The notes beneath the pieces are model-generated. The model did not search any database. It saw nothing but the letters and a program-made list of their open reading frames with translations, and was not told the origin of the DNA. Of a stretch of 64,000 nt of DNA, positions 39,477 through 50,523 are shown one piece after another (the stretch's first letter is position 1; every line of letters starts with the position of its first letter). Both the position numbers and the translations under genes were made by a program. Source of the DNA: an uncultured Candidatus Binatia bacterium (GTDB lineage Bacteria; Desulfobacterota; Binatia; Bin18); assembly GCA_965200965.1 (NCBI GenBank), contig OZ241744.1, forward strand, positions 672,001 through 736,000. The letters are read 5' to 3'.

Positions 39477-41609
39477 CTAGCGGCGCAGGCGGTGGAAGGT
39501 CTCCACCCAGTCAAGCAGCCCTACGGGGGCGTGCTTCCTGCGCCAAGTGCCGGCCGCGTATTTGTTGGCTTCGCTCAGCGTCGGGTAGATGTGGATTGTG
39601 CTGAGGAGCTTCTTCAGCCCCAGCCCCCACTTCATGGCCAGGATGAACTCGGCCATCAGCTCGCCGGCGTGGTGGCCGACGATGGTCACGCCGAGAATCC
39701 GGTCCTTGCCCGGGGGCGTCAACACCTTGATAAACCCCCGGCCTTCCTCGTCAGCCAGGGCGCGGTCAAGGTCGTCAAGGCCGTAGCGCGTTACCTCAAC
39801 CGGCGTACCCTGCCGGGCGGCCTCCTGTTCGTTCAGGCCGACACGCGCCACCTCGGGGTCGGTGAAGGTAGTCCAGGGGATGACCGAATAGTCGGCCTTG
39901 AACTGCCGGAAGGGGCTGAACAAGGCGTTTACCGTGGCGTACCAGGCCTCGTGGGAGGCGGTATGGGTAAACTGGTAGGGGGCGATCACGTCACCGCAGG
40001 CGTAGATGGTGGGGATGCTGGTCCGCAGGGAGTCGTCTACCTCAACGGCTCCCCGCCCATCCAGGGCAAGGCCGAGCGCTTCGAGGCCGAGGCCGTTGGT
40101 CGTCGGTCGGCGTCCTAGCGCGACCAGAATGGCGTCAAACGGCAGGCGTGTTTGCTGTCCGTTGCGCTCGCAGACCAGCCGCTTGTGGCCGTTGGTGGTC
40201 TCGACCCGCAGGGCGGTGTGGCTGGTGAGCAGACGAATGCCTTCGGCGGCAAAGCGGTCCTGCACAAAGGCGCTGGCGTCGGCGTCTTCCCGCATCAGCA
40301 GATGGGGGTTGCGCTCCACCAGTGTTACCGCCGCCCCAAAGCGGGAGAAGGCCTGGGCCAACTCGCAGCCAATGGGACCGCCGCCGAGAACGACGAGGCG
40401 GCGCGGCAAGGCGCGCACCGCCCAGATTGTGTCCGAGGTAAAATAGCCGGCTGCCTCAAGGCCCGGGATGGGCGGCACGAACGGCGCGCCGCCCGTAGCG
40501 ATGATGATGGCGCGGGTGGTGATGTCCCGGTTGTTCACCCGGACGCAGTAGGGCGAAACAATCCTGGCCTCGCCCCTGACACACTCCACCCCCAGGCCGG
40601 TATAGCGCTCGCTGGAATCCTTGGGCGCGATGGTGGTGATGATCCGCTGGACCCGCTCCATGACATCGGTGAAGTTGAACTCCACGCTGGCCTTCCTGAA
40701 ACCGTATTCCCTGGCTCTGGCCATATAGCCCAGCATCTTTGCCGAGCGCAGCAGGGTCTTGCTGGGCACGCAGCCGGTATTCAGGCAGTCGCCGCCCATG
40801 CGGTGTCGCTCAACCAGCGTCACCTTGGCCTTGAGAGTGGCGGCGATGAGGGCGCAAACCAGGCCGCCGGAGCCGGCCCCGATCACAACGAGGTTGGCGT
40901 CGAAATGTCTGGGTTTCTTGAAGCGGCGCAAGACCGTGCGGGCCTTGGTGGCCTCCAGGGTTTTTTTGGCGAGCAGCGGAAACAGGCCGACGAGGGCGAA
41001 CGAGGCGAGCAGCGCCGGCGAGAGGATGCCGGCCAGGGAAGTAATCTGGCTCAACTGCGCACCAGCGTTGACGTAGACGACCGTGCCGGCCAACATGCCG
41101 ACCTGGCTGACCCAGTAAAAGGTCCAGGTGGACAGCGGCGTGACCGACATGGCCAAGTTGATGGCGAAGAAGGGGAAGGCCGGAACAAGCCGCAGGGCGA
41201 ACAGGTAGAAGGCCCCGTCTTTTTCCATGCCGCGGTTAATGGCGGCCAGTTGACGGACAAACCGGGAGCGCACCGTGTCGCCCAACACCGATCGGGCGAT
41301 GGAGAAGGCCAGGGTCGCGCCCAGAGAACTGGCGAAGGACACCAGGACCACGCCCGGCAGCAAGCCGAAGAGCGCCCCGGCGACCAGGGTCAGCAGGGCC
41401 GCACCAGGCAGCGACAGCCCGGTGACCGCAACATACAGGACGAAGAACGCCCCCGCGGTGGTCAGGGGGGCGCGGGCCTGGAAGGCGGTAATCGCGTCCC
41501 GCTGGGCGGTGAAGTACTCAATGGTCAGAAACTGCCGGAGGTCAAGGCCAAAGAACAGGCCGATGATCAGGGCGAGTACGATCAGCACGATGATGCGTCT
41601 GGCTTTCAT
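39477..41609 (-). CDS. TVP38/DedA domain fused to pyridine nucleotide-disulfide reductase
   Basis: LSLPGA, LRLVP; GAGSGG, GGDCLNTGCVPSK, GGGPIG, HIYPT. Confidence 0.9.
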   Translation of the reverse strand: MKARRIIVLIVLALIIGLFFGLDLRQFLTIEYFTAQRDAITAFQARAPLTTAGAFFVLYVAVTGLSLPGAALLTLVAGALFGLLPGVVLVSFASSLGATLAFSIARSVLGDTVRSRFVRQLAAINRGMEKDGAFYLFALRLVPAFPFFAINLAMSVTPLSTWTFYWVSQVGMLAGTVVYVNAGAQLSQITSLAGILSPALLASFALVGLFPLLAKKTLEATKARTVLRRFKKPRHFDANLVVIGAGSGGLVCALIAATLKAKVTLVERHRMGGDCLNTGCVPSKTLLRSAKMLGYMARAREYGFRKASVEFNFTDVMERVQRIITTIAPKDSSERYTGLGVECVRGEARIVSPYCVRVNNRDITTRAIIIATGGAPFVPPIPGLEAAGYFTSDTIWAVRALPRRLVVLGGGPIGCELAQAFSRFGAAVTLVERNPHLLMREDADASAFVQDRFAAEGIRLLTSHTALRVETTNGHKRLVCERNGQQTRLPFDAILVALGRRPTTNGLGLEALGLALDGRGAVEVDDSLRTSIPTIYACGDVIAPYQFTHTASHEAWYATVNALFSPFRQFKADYSVIPWTTFTDPEVARVGLNEQEAARQGTPVEVTRYGLDDLDRALADEEGRGFIKVLTPPGKDRILGVTIVGHHAGELMAEFILAMKWGLGLKKLLSTIHIYPTLSEANKYAAGTWRRKHAPVGLLDWVETFHRLRR

Positions 41610-41719
41610 GCCAAATTGGGAGAGCCGCACGCGGCAGACAGGGCGAAGCGGAAGCCGGGCATGGATGTTGGGTGTGAAGGGCCGGAGTGACACGGCTGGC
41701 CGGCCCGGTGGGAGGAGGC

Positions 41720-42094
41720 TCAGAGCTTGTAGCGGCGGGTCAGGTAATAGTGAATGAGTTCCTGTTCATCTGCCTTGTCGGCGCAATCAACACTCCGACT
41801 CCCCGGACACAACACCTCGATATGCTCGTCGTCCGGCGTGCCCGGCTTGGTTTCCGCGTCACGGGCTTCAAGGCTGTTCTTCAGGCTTTGGGCGCGCGCC
41901 CGGTCCACTTCGCCTCTCTGGATGGGGCAGGAGGGACACACCAGCTTTTTGAATGTCAGCGCTTTGCCCCGAGAGTAGGCGTCTCTAGGATTGATGCCCC
42001 CGCCGGCTGAGATGGAGCCGGGGGCCGACACCGGTACCTGCCAGATGCCCCCGGCCAGCAGCAAGGCCAGCAAAGCGAGCAGGTATTGTGTCAT
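41720..42094 (-). CDS. Hypothetical secreted Cys-containing protein
   Basis: Signal peptide, CPSC; GGAG RBS. Confidence 0.55.
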   Translation of the reverse strand: MTQYLLALLALLLAGGIWQVPVSAPGSISAGGGINPRDAYSRGKALTFKKLVCPSCPIQRGEVDRARAQSLKNSLEARDAETKPGTPDDEHIEVLCPGSRSVDCADKADEQELIHYYLTRRYKL

Positions 42095-42244
42095 GGTTCT
42101 CCCTCCTGCGAAGTGGTCTCACATGCTCTTCACCCATCCTACACCCCTACTGAACGCTGGGCAAGCCCCCTGCTATTCCCCGATGGGCCTTGCCTCAGAC
42201 CCGGGATGCGGTTATGAGGGAGGAAGGTGTCTTAAGGAGGACGT

Positions 42245-43318
42245 ATGAAAGCTGGCGTGTTTATGATGCCCTCGCATCCCCCCGAGAGAAGTTTCTACGA
42301 CGGCCACCAGTGGGACCTTGACCATCTGGAGTTGGTTGACCAATTAGGCTTTCACGAAGCCTGGATGGGCGAACATTTTACCGCTCCGTGGGAGCCGAAC
42401 CCCGCCCCCGATCTGCTGATTGCTCAAGGTCTGCAACGCACCCGGCACATCAAGCTGTGCCCGGGTGCCCACCTGCTGCCCTATCACCATCCGGCCGAGC
42501 TGGCCCACCGGGTCGCCTTTATGGACCACATCGCCCAAGGGCGTTTCATGTTCGGGGTGGGGACGAGCGGGCTGCCTAGCGACTGGAAACTGTTCAACGT
42601 TGATGGGGCCGGCGGAGAGAACCGGCGCATGACCAAAGAAGCCCTGGATATTATTCTCAAGCTGTGGGAGAGCGAAGAGCCGTTTGCGTTTGAGGGCGAG
42701 TACTGGACGGTCAACCGGATTGACACCATGCTCGACACGCTCAAGTTCCACATCAAGCCCTTTCAGCAGCCCCATCCCCCGATTGGGATTGCCGGTCTGA
42801 CCCCCGGCTCAGATACCCTCAAGATGTGTGGCGCGAGCGGTTTTATGCCGATGAGCGTCGCCCTCAGCAACGGCTATCTCAAAACCCACTGGGAGGCAGT
42901 GGTTGAGGGAGCGGAGTCCGCCGGCCGCACCCCGTCCCGCGGCGACTGGCGCGTATCGCGCGAGGTGTATATTGCCGAAACCGATACACAAGCCAAGGAC
43001 AAGGCGATTAGCGGTATGTTGGGCCGCGCCTACGGCGAGTATCTGCTGCCGCTGTTCAAGTCCTTCGGTATGCTCAGCCTGTTCAAACACCACCCCGAAG
43101 TGCCGGACTCCGATGTCACCTTGGAATACCTGGCCGACTATGTGTGGCTGGTCGGCTCGCCCCGGACAGTCACCGACAAGCTGGGGGCGATGGTCGAAGA
43201 CACCGGCGGCTTTGGTTGTCTGCTGGTCCTGACCTTTGACCAATTGGAGAACCGGCAGGGTTGGGCCGACTCGCAGCGTATGCTGATGGAAGAAGTCATG
43301 CCCCATTTTCCGGACTGA
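42245..43318 (+). CDS. Luciferase-like monooxygenase (LLM)
   Basis: EAWMGEH, LPYHHP, KPFQQPHPP. Confidence 0.9.
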   Translation: MKAGVFMMPSHPPERSFYDGHQWDLDHLELVDQLGFHEAWMGEHFTAPWEPNPAPDLLIAQGLQRTRHIKLCPGAHLLPYHHPAELAHRVAFMDHIAQGRFMFGVGTSGLPSDWKLFNVDGAGGENRRMTKEALDIILKLWESEEPFAFEGEYWTVNRIDTMLDTLKFHIKPFQQPHPPIGIAGLTPGSDTLKMCGASGFMPMSVALSNGYLKTHWEAVVEGAESAGRTPSRGDWRVSREVYIAETDTQAKDKAISGMLGRAYGEYLLPLFKSFGMLSLFKHHPEVPDSDVTLEYLADYVWLVGSPRTVTDKLGAMVEDTGGFGCLLVLTFDQLENRQGWADSQRMLMEEVMPHFPD

Positions 43319-43399
43319 CCGGGCGGGACGGCACGAGCCGCGGGAGGTTAGCTTGGCCTGCCGCTTTGCTGTTCAGGGGCCAACTGGGGAGGCTGAACA

Positions 43400-43782
43400 G
43401 GGCTTCACGATTGCAGAGGGAATGTTCGGGCTGAGCGGATTGACCGTCAGTTTTTACTCCCGCGGATGAATCACCAAGTCCATATCCTCCAGCGGGATGG
43501 CTCCCCTCAGGATACTATCCCCCAGAACGAGCGCGCCGGTAAAACACGTCCGATTCTCAAACCGCACCTGAATGGGACCAACATAGGGAACGAGCAGAGA
43601 CCGCCCGTCCGCGGCCGTCACTTGGCGTTGTTCAATGGCAGAGAGTTTCAGTTGGACGGAAATGTGATCGGGAATGCGTAGCGTCACCGCGTCCGTATCG
43701 ACAAGGGCGGTCACTTCAAGCGCCTGAAGCGCAGTGCCACGAGGATTCGACAGTTGGGTAGCGGCGTGGACAAGTCCCGTGC
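43400..43782 (-). pseudogene. Clan AA aspartic protease remnant
   Basis: GLVHA...ALVDTDA (DTG altered), PYVGPI, GAIPLEDMDL, premature TAA, start ACG. Confidence 0.7.
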
Positions 43783-43803
43783 TTTGACTATGCGGAAAAA
43801 TCG

Positions 43804-44470
43804 TCACAGATTCCCACTGACCTCTTGTGTACGCGAACCGAATACTTCTCCAGCACGCTTCAAGAACCACTTCTCGACTTCCGAAAACTGTGGATGGTCT
43901 GTCCAATTGTCCGTATCTCCTGTCCAGAGATAGCCGTGGCGACAGAAGTAGATCCCCAACTTCTTGATCTCTGGAAAATGAGGGTCGCTACGCTGCTGAT
44001 TTCGGGCGATCAAAAAATAGCCGAGAAGTTGGTCTAAGCTGCGCACATTCATTGCGTTTTTCTTGGCTGTTTTGAAGTCAACAATCATGTCTCCGGCGAT
44101 GAGGTCCGCGCCACCGACAAGGCTCAATGCCTCTCAGAAGGTGGGTCACCTGTTCGTGGAGCAGGGCGTCGAATGGCACAATAGCCACCAGAGCCAGTAG
44201 GTCTTGGATGTCTGCTGGATCGACAGTCTCGAACTGTGGATCCAGCTAGTGAGCGCGCTAGACGGAGTCCAATTGAGCGAGTCGGAGCGCGTAGCCATCG
44301 ATTTCTTCTTTTTGGGTGCTGCTCGGCCTCTTGCTCTTCAGGTAAGTCGCAACAGATCTCTTCGCTTCCTCGACAATACTGCGAACACGTTGTGCTGATT
44401 CGTGGACGTCTTCGTAAATGTCCTGGTCTGCAACATCTTCAGATGTGTAGCTTCAAGTACTTATCCATGC
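43804..44470 (-). pseudogene. PD-(D/E)XK nuclease-like remnant
   Basis: GGADLI...IVDFKT...QLLGY; upstream part broken; lower GC. Confidence 0.5.
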
Positions 44471-44526
44471 CTGGACTGATGAGCGTTCAACTCTTGTATC
44501 AGGGACTCTAATCGCTAACCATTATT

Positions 44527-45120
44527 CTACAGCATCCCTTTGGTCGATAGTATCCCTTTGACCCGCGGGTCATGCGCGACCGCGCTGCCTAGCGCCCGGG
44601 CGAATGCCTTGAAGCCGGCTTCGATGATGTGATGCGGGTTGCGACCCTGACTCATGTTGAGGTGGAGGTTCATGCCGAGCTGGTTGCTGAAGGCCAGGAA
44701 AAAGTCGTGGACCAGTTCGGTCGCAAATGTGCCGATCCGTTCCTGCCGGACGCGCAGATTATAGGCCAGAAAGGGCCGCCCGCTGAGGTCGACGACACAG
44801 TTCACCAGGGCTTCGTCGAGCGGTACGCTGGCTTCACCAAAGCGGCGGATGCCACGCTTATCACCCAACGCGGCGCGAAAGGCTTCGCCCAACGCCAGCC
44901 CGACATCTTCAACCGTGTGATGGTCGTCAACCTCAATGTCGCCGGTGGCCTCAAGACTGAGATCAAAGAAGCCGTGCCGGCTGAACAACTCCAGCATGTG
45001 GCTGAGAAAGGGCACGCCGGTGGTGACCTGGTACTGGCCGCTGCCATCAAGCTCAAGACTGAGCCGAATGTCGGTTTCGTGTGTTTTGCGGTGCAGGCTT
45101 GCGCTGCGCTGGGCTGTCAT
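44527..45120 (-). CDS. hisB: Imidazoleglycerol-phosphate dehydratase
   Basis: DDHHTVED, PLDEAL, NPHHIIEA.FKA, STKG. Confidence 0.97.
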   Translation of the reverse strand: MTAQRSASLHRKTHETDIRLSLELDGSGQYQVTTGVPFLSHMLELFSRHGFFDLSLEATGDIEVDDHHTVEDVGLALGEAFRAALGDKRGIRRFGEASVPLDEALVNCVVDLSGRPFLAYNLRVRQERIGTFATELVHDFFLAFSNQLGMNLHLNMSQGRNPHHIIEAGFKAFARALGSAVAHDPRVKGILSTKGML

Positions 45121-46426
45121 GCTGGCCTCCCTTGAGACGCTGGGCAACGGCCCGACCGTGGGCCTCGAGGCCCTCCATTGCGGCTAGGCGCATGATGTGC
45201 GGGCCAAGGGCACGCAGGGCCGGGGCCGACGCCTCGATAATACTGGTCCGTTTGAGAAAATCGTATACCCCGAGCGGTGAGGAAAACCGCGCTGTTCCTC
45301 CGGTCGGCAGGATGTGGTTCGGCCCGGCCATATAGTCGCCAAAGGGCTCGGTGGACAGAGCGCCCACAAAGATCGCCCCGGCGTGGCGGATATCGCTCAG
45401 CCATGAGCGCGGATTTTTGACCAGCAACTCAAGGTGTTCCGGGGCCAGGGCGTTGGCCAGCCGTACAACCTCGGCCCGGTCGCGGGCAACGATCACCGCC
45501 CCGTAGCGATTGAGTGAGGCCGCGGCAATCGTACGCCGGCTGAGCGTGGCCAACTGGCCTTTGAGGGCCTCAACGACCGCGGTAGCCAGCCGTTTTGAGG
45601 TGGTCAGACACACGGGGGCGGCCATTTCGTCGTGCTCGGCCTGGGACAGCATGTCGGCCGCCACATAGCTGGCCGGAGCCGTGCTGTCGGCAATCACCAG
45701 AATCTCACTCGGACCGGCCACGCTGTCAATATCAACCTGACCGTAGACGAGGCGCTTGGCTGTAGCGACAAAGATATTGCCCGGCCCGACAATTTTATCT
45801 ACACGCGGCACAGTCTGGGTCCCGTAGGCCAAGGCGGCAATGGCTTGAGCACCACCCAGCCGAAACACCGTGTCGGCCCCGGCTAGGCGGGCCGCGGCCA
45901 GCACAGGCGAGCCGGCCTGCTCGCCGTCTGCTGACGGTGGGGAGACCACCACGATGTCTTCTACGCCGGCGACTTTGGCCGGGATGACGTTCATCAGCAC
46001 CGAAGACGGATAGGCGGCTTTGCCGCCCGGGACGTACACGCCAACTCGCTCCAGGGGGGTGATTTGCTGGCCTAGGCTGACGCCTAGCCGATCTGTATAG
46101 CGCCATGAGGACTGGCGCTGTTTGCGGTGAAAAGCGCTAATCCGCTTGGCCGCGGTCTGCAAGGCGGTCCGTTCGGCTTTTGGCAGGCCGGCCAGGGCCG
46201 CGTCAAGCTCTTGGTCGGTGACGCGCAACGTGTCGAGGCTCAGGCGGACCCGGTCGAATTTTTTGGTGGCGGCGAGCAGCGCCCGGTCGCCCCGGCGTTT
46301 GACATCGCGCACAATCGCCCGGACTGTGGCTTCAACCCGCTCGCCGGCCTGCTCAGCCCGGCTGAACAGCTGCTCTAGCCGGCGGGCGCAGGCCGGGTCT
46401 GAGGTGCTGAGCAGGGGAACGGTCAT
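45053..46426 (-). CDS. hisD: Histidinol dehydrogenase
   Basis: YVPGG, GPGN, AGPSE, QAEHD, APEHL, GDY.AGPNH. Confidence 0.97.
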   Translation of the reverse strand: MTVPLLSTSDPACARRLEQLFSRAEQAGERVEATVRAIVRDVKRRGDRALLAATKKFDRVRLSLDTLRVTDQELDAALAGLPKAERTALQTAAKRISAFHRKQRQSSWRYTDRLGVSLGQQITPLERVGVYVPGGKAAYPSSVLMNVIPAKVAGVEDIVVVSPPSADGEQAGSPVLAAARLAGADTVFRLGGAQAIAALAYGTQTVPRVDKIVGPGNIFVATAKRLVYGQVDIDSVAGPSEILVIADSTAPASYVAADMLSQAEHDEMAAPVCLTTSKRLATAVVEALKGQLATLSRRTIAAASLNRYGAVIVARDRAEVVRLANALAPEHLELLVKNPRSWLSDIRHAGAIFVGALSTEPFGDYMAGPNHILPTGGTARFSSPLGVYDFLKRTSIIEASAPALRALGPHIMRLAAMEGLEAHGRAVAQRLKGGQHDSPAQRKPAPQNTRNRHSAQS

Positions 46427-47715
46427 GCACGGCTCCGTTGTTCGTCCGCGGGGTCTTTGGCGGCCGTCACCCGCCGGATATCCGCCCCCAGTTGCGAGAG
46501 TTTTTCTTCGATGCGCTCATAGCCCCGGTCCAGGTGGTAGACGCGCGAGACCTTTGTCTTTCCCCGTGCTGCCAAGCCGGCCAGGATGAGGGACACGCTG
46601 GCCCGCAGATCGGTTGCCATGACCGGCGCACCGCTCAGAAAAGCGACGCCGTTGACCGCCGCGGTGTTGTGGCGGGTGTGGATGTCGGCCCCGAAACGGG
46701 CCAGCTCCTGGACATGCATAAAGCGATTCTCAAACACGGTCTCGGTAATCAGGCTGCGGCCGTCGCCAAGCGTGAGGAGGGCCATCATCTGGGCCTGCAA
46801 GTCGGTTGGGAAGCCGGGGTAAGGCCAGGTGATGACATCGATCCGGCTCGGCCGACTGGCCCCACTGACCGTGATGCCGTCGGTCTCGACTTCCAGCCCT
46901 ATCCCGGCCGTGCGGAGTTTTTGCAGAAAGGCGTCCAGGTGATCGGCCCGTGCCCCACGCACAAACACTTGGCCCGAGGTCATGGCCCCGGCAATCAGAA
47001 AGGTGCCGGCCTCGACCCGGTCAGGGATGACCTCGCGCTCGGCACCGTGCAGACGGGGTACGCCCTCAATCCGAATGACCGGCCCGCCGGCCCCGCTGAC
47101 CCGAGCGCCCATTGCGTTCAGCAGCGCTTGCAGTTCGACAATTTCAGGCTCACGGGCGGCGTTTTCAATCTGGCTTGGGCCGTCGGCCAAGCTGGCCGCC
47201 ATCATCAGATTTTCGGTAGCCCCCACAGACGGAAAATCCAGGCTGATCCGGCCGCCGCACAGCCGGCTGGCCGTGGCCTCAATATAGCCTTCTTGCAGAC
47301 GGATCGCGGCACCGAGTTGTTGCAGGCCGGTCAGATGGATATCGACCGGCCGGGTGCCAATCGCGCAACCGCCGGGGGTCGAAACTCTGGCTCGGCCAAA
47401 ACGCGCCAGAAGCGGCCCTAAGACCAAAAAAGAGGCGCGCATGGTCTTGACCAGCTCATACGGGGCTTCGAGGTGGCGAACCGATTGCGCATTCAGCCCG
47501 ACCTCGCCCGCGCCTCGCCAATCTACCTTGACCCCCAACTCGGTCAGGAGGCGCAGGGTGGTCTGAATATCGACCACCCGGGGTATGTTGGTGAAGCGGC
47601 ACTCTTCTTCGGTGAGCAGGCTGGCAAAGAAGAAGGGCAGGGCCGCATTTTTGGCTCCGCTGACCTCAATCTCTCCGTGGAGCGGCCGACCTCCGCGTAT
47701 GACTATCGTCTCCAT
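46423..47715 (-). CDS. murA: UDP-GlcNAc enolpyruvyl transferase
   Basis: GAKNA, PGGCAIG.RP, PGFPTDLQ, TDLRA, LDRGY. Confidence 0.98.
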   Translation of the reverse strand: METIVIRGGRPLHGEIEVSGAKNAALPFFFASLLTEEECRFTNIPRVVDIQTTLRLLTELGVKVDWRGAGEVGLNAQSVRHLEAPYELVKTMRASFLVLGPLLARFGRARVSTPGGCAIGTRPVDIHLTGLQQLGAAIRLQEGYIEATASRLCGGRISLDFPSVGATENLMMAASLADGPSQIENAAREPEIVELQALLNAMGARVSGAGGPVIRIEGVPRLHGAEREVIPDRVEAGTFLIAGAMTSGQVFVRGARADHLDAFLQKLRTAGIGLEVETDGITVSGASRPSRIDVITWPYPGFPTDLQAQMMALLTLGDGRSLITETVFENRFMHVQELARFGADIHTRHNTAAVNGVAFLSGAPVMATDLRASVSLILAGLAARGKTKVSRVYHLDRGYERIEEKLSQLGADIRRVTAAKDPADEQRSRA

Positions 47716-47730
47716 ATCCTCATCCTCCCC

Positions 47731-48615
47731 TCATCTCTCGCCCTGTCGGCGGGCGGCGACAACGCGCGGCCAGCCGCCGTAATCGTAGCTGAGCCGGCAG
47801 GCACCGAGACCGCCTTGGCTCCTGGCCATGCGCAGGACGGCCTCGCTCTGGCTGGCACCGACCTCCATGACCAGCCATCCGCCCCGCCGCAGTCGTCCCG
47901 GACAGTCTTGCAGCAAGCTGCGGTAAAAATTCAGCCCATCCCTCCCGCCGTTGAGCGCTAGGCGGGGTTCCCAGTCGCGGACTTCGGCCTGAAGGCTGAC
48001 GAAGTCAGGCTCGGCAATATAGGGAGGGTTGGTGACAATCAGGTCAAAGCCGGACAGGGTGGCCGGCCACTCCCGCATATCGGTCCGTATAAACGTGATC
48101 CGGTCGGCCACCCCATGCCGGACGGCATTGGCGCGGGCGACCGCCAGAGCCTCGGCAGATACATCACAGGCCCACACTTGGGCCTGTGGCAGTTCAAGGG
48201 CCAGCGCAGCCGCAATACACGCGCTACCGGTGCCCAGGTCAAGTATCCGCGGCGCGGCCGGAGAGCCGAGCGCGTCCAGGGCGACCTCAACCACCCGCTC
48301 GGTCTCGGGACGCGGAATAAGCACATGGCGGTTAACGCTGAAATCGAGCGACCAGAACTCCTGAACACCGGTAATATACGGCACGGGCTCGCGTCGGGCG
48401 CGACGTCTGAGTGTCTGCCAGAAGACAGCCCGGGGGTGAGGAGCGAGCTCGGCGCGCAACCGCGCGTACATCTCTGTTTTGCTTCCGCCTATGGCATGGG
48501 CCAGCAACACCTCGGCGTCGAGGCGTGGGCTTGGAACGTGATGCTCGGCCAGGAAGGTGGTCGCCTCCGACAGGAGGCCGGCCAGGGAAAAAGCCCGGGG
48601 GGGTGTTGCTGGCAT
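47731..48615 (-). CDS. prmC: Release factor glutamine methyltransferase
   Basis: LIPRPETE, DLGTGS, NPPY. Confidence 0.95.
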   Translation of the reverse strand: MPATPPRAFSLAGLLSEATTFLAEHHVPSPRLDAEVLLAHAIGGSKTEMYARLRAELAPHPRAVFWQTLRRRARREPVPYITGVQEFWSLDFSVNRHVLIPRPETERVVEVALDALGSPAAPRILDLGTGSACIAAALALELPQAQVWACDVSAEALAVARANAVRHGVADRITFIRTDMREWPATLSGFDLIVTNPPYIAEPDFVSLQAEVRDWEPRLALNGGRDGLNFYRSLLQDCPGRLRRGGWLVMEVGASQSEAVLRMARSQGGLGACRLSYDYGGWPRVVAARRQGER

Positions 48616-48628
48616 GGGGCGGAGCGTT

Positions 48629-49711
48629 TTAGCTGACGGCTTTGAGGGCCTCGGCTTGGTGGGACGTTGTGAGCGCATCCACGACCGGGTCGAGCTCGCC
48701 TGCCAAGACGCGCTCAAGAGTGTGCAGGGTCAGGTTGATCCGGTGATCGGTCAGCCGTGACTGCGGAAAATTGTATGTCCGAATCCGCTCTGAACGATCG
48801 CCCGAGCCGACCATGCTGCGACGGGAGGCGGCGATCTCCTGGTGCTGCTCTTCGCGGGCTTTTTCCAGCAGCCGCGAGCGCAGGATTTTGAGCGCCTTGG
48901 CTTTGTTTTTGTGTTGGGATTTTTCGTCCTGACAGATCACCACCGAGTTGGTGGGCAGGTGGGTGATGCGGACGGCCGAATCGGTGGTGTTGACGCTCTG
49001 ACCGCCCGGCCCGGAGGACCGATACACGTCAATCCGGAGGTCTTTTTCATCAAGGTGAACATCAACATCCTCGGCCTCGGGCAGGACGGCCACCGTCACC
49101 GCTGAGGTATGAATCCGGCCCGAAGCTTCTGTTTCTGGAATACGCTGGACGCGATGCACCCCGCCCTCAAATTTCAGCCGACTATAGGCTCCGTCGCCCT
49201 CAATCAGGGTGACGATTTCCTTAAACCCACCTAGACCGGTCGGGTTTGAACTCATTACCTCCATCCGCCAGTTTTTTTGCTCGGCGTAGCGGGTATACAT
49301 CCGACACAGGTCTGCGGCAAACAAACTCGCCTCTTCGCCACCGGTCCCGGCTCGGATTTCCAACAGCACATTTTTTTCATCCAGCAGATCTTTGGGCAGC
49401 AGCAGGATGCGCAGATGGCGCTCGAGGTCGGCCCGCTGCTGGCGCAGTGCGGCCAACTCTTCTCGGGCCAAATCCCGGACATCTGGGTCGCTGTCGTCAA
49501 GCAGACCTTGGCTGTCGTGTATCTCTTGGGCTGTTTTGCGCCACTGGCGAAAACACGTCACTACCCGTCCCAAGTCGGCGTGTTCCTTGGCCAGCTTGGC
49601 GTATTCCTGGGTGTTGGCGATGACCTCGGCGGTGCTGAGTAGTTGCTCAAGCGTCTGATAGCGCCGTTCAAGCTCGGCTAATTTTTCACCTAAATTGTTT
49701 GCCTCGCTCAT
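48629..49711 (-). CDS. prfA: Peptide chain release factor 1
   Basis: GTGGEEA, PET, GGQ, RTYNFPQ. Confidence 0.98.
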   Translation of the reverse strand: MSEANNLGEKLAELERRYQTLEQLLSTAEVIANTQEYAKLAKEHADLGRVVTCFRQWRKTAQEIHDSQGLLDDSDPDVRDLAREELAALRQQRADLERHLRILLLPKDLLDEKNVLLEIRAGTGGEEASLFAADLCRMYTRYAEQKNWRMEVMSSNPTGLGGFKEIVTLIEGDGAYSRLKFEGGVHRVQRIPETEASGRIHTSAVTVAVLPEAEDVDVHLDEKDLRIDVYRSSGPGGQSVNTTDSAVRITHLPTNSVVICQDEKSQHKNKAKALKILRSRLLEKAREEQHQEIAASRRSMVGSGDRSERIRTYNFPQSRLTDHRINLTLHTLERVLAGELDPVVDALTTSHQAEALKAVS

Positions 49712-49806
49712 ATGCCTCAGTTTTTCACCACGGTCCGATGGGGGGCGGACACGAGAAATCCCCACGAGGGCTGGCCTTGCAGGTTGTGTCGAACAGGAAG
49801 GGCAAG

Positions 49807-50076
49807 CTAGTCGTCGGCCGGTTCTTCCTGCTTGAGTCCGTAGCGGCGGCGGAAGCGTTCGACCCGCCCCGCGGTATCAACGATGCGCTGTTTGCCGGTG
49901 TAGAACGGATGCGACGCACTGGAGATATCAAGTTTATACAGCGGGTAGGTCTTGCCATCTTCCCATTCGATGCTATCGTGTGTCTCTACACATGAGCGGG
50001 TCAGAAAGGCGTACTCTGCCGATGCGTCTTGAAAAACGACCGGTCTGTATTCCTGTGGATGGGTATTCCGTTTCAT
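49807..50076 (-). CDS. rpmE2: 50S ribosomal protein L31 type B
   Basis: [28 protein letters not shown]; no CxxC. Confidence 0.93.
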   Translation of the reverse strand: MKRNTHPQEYRPVVFQDASAEYAFLTRSCVETHDSIEWEDGKTYPLYKLDISSASHPFYTGKQRIVDTAGRVERFRRRYGLKQEEPADD

Positions 50077-50166
50077 GGCCAACCTCCATCTGACCACTCT
50101 TACCACCTCGCCCGGAAGCTGGCAACTGAAGGACGGCCCAGGCATGACACGGGAAGGAAAATCGGG

Positions 50167-50484
50167 ATGGCAAAAGTCTGGTTTGTCCGCCGGGAAAACC
50201 GCCCGCTGGCCTTAGGCGGCCGGGCGGCGTATGAGATGCCGTTTGAGGCGCTCGTCTGGCCCTTGGATATTGGGGTGCATCGCTTCCAGACAACGCAGCC
50301 GCCGGTTGTTGAGGCGGCCGCGGAGCCGCCCGATACGGCTGCGTTTGCCGCCCAGGATATGGTCTGGGTCGAACTCACCCCGGCCGAGTTGCTGTCCGGC
50401 TCAAGTTACCGGGCCGGCTTCTACTCCTCGCCGTATTCACCCCAGACCGCGATTGAGCGTTTGGGGAAGCCGTGGACGTCTTGA
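50167..50484 (+). CDS. Hypothetical protein
   Basis: Plausible ORF divergent from rpmE2. Confidence 0.5.
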   Translation: MAKVWFVRRENRPLALGGRAAYEMPFEALVWPLDIGVHRFQTTQPPVVEAAAEPPDTAAFAAQDMVWVELTPAELLSGSSYRAGFYSSPYSPQTAIERLGKPWTS

Positions 50485-50523
50485 ATCGCGGTTGAGACCC
50501 ATTGCCCGCTCAGGAAGCGCTCT

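Noticed and set aside
36047-41690. Long antisense ORFs (for example 36047-37579, 40152-41690)
   Set aside because: Shadow frames of real genes in high-GC DNA, with no motifs
45053-45120. 68-nt hisD/hisB overlap
   Set aside because: Probably a minor stop-codon shift; both genes are complete
49807-50076. Zn-free L31 in the prfA operon as unusual
   Set aside because: Type B L31 as the housekeeping copy is known in several lineages
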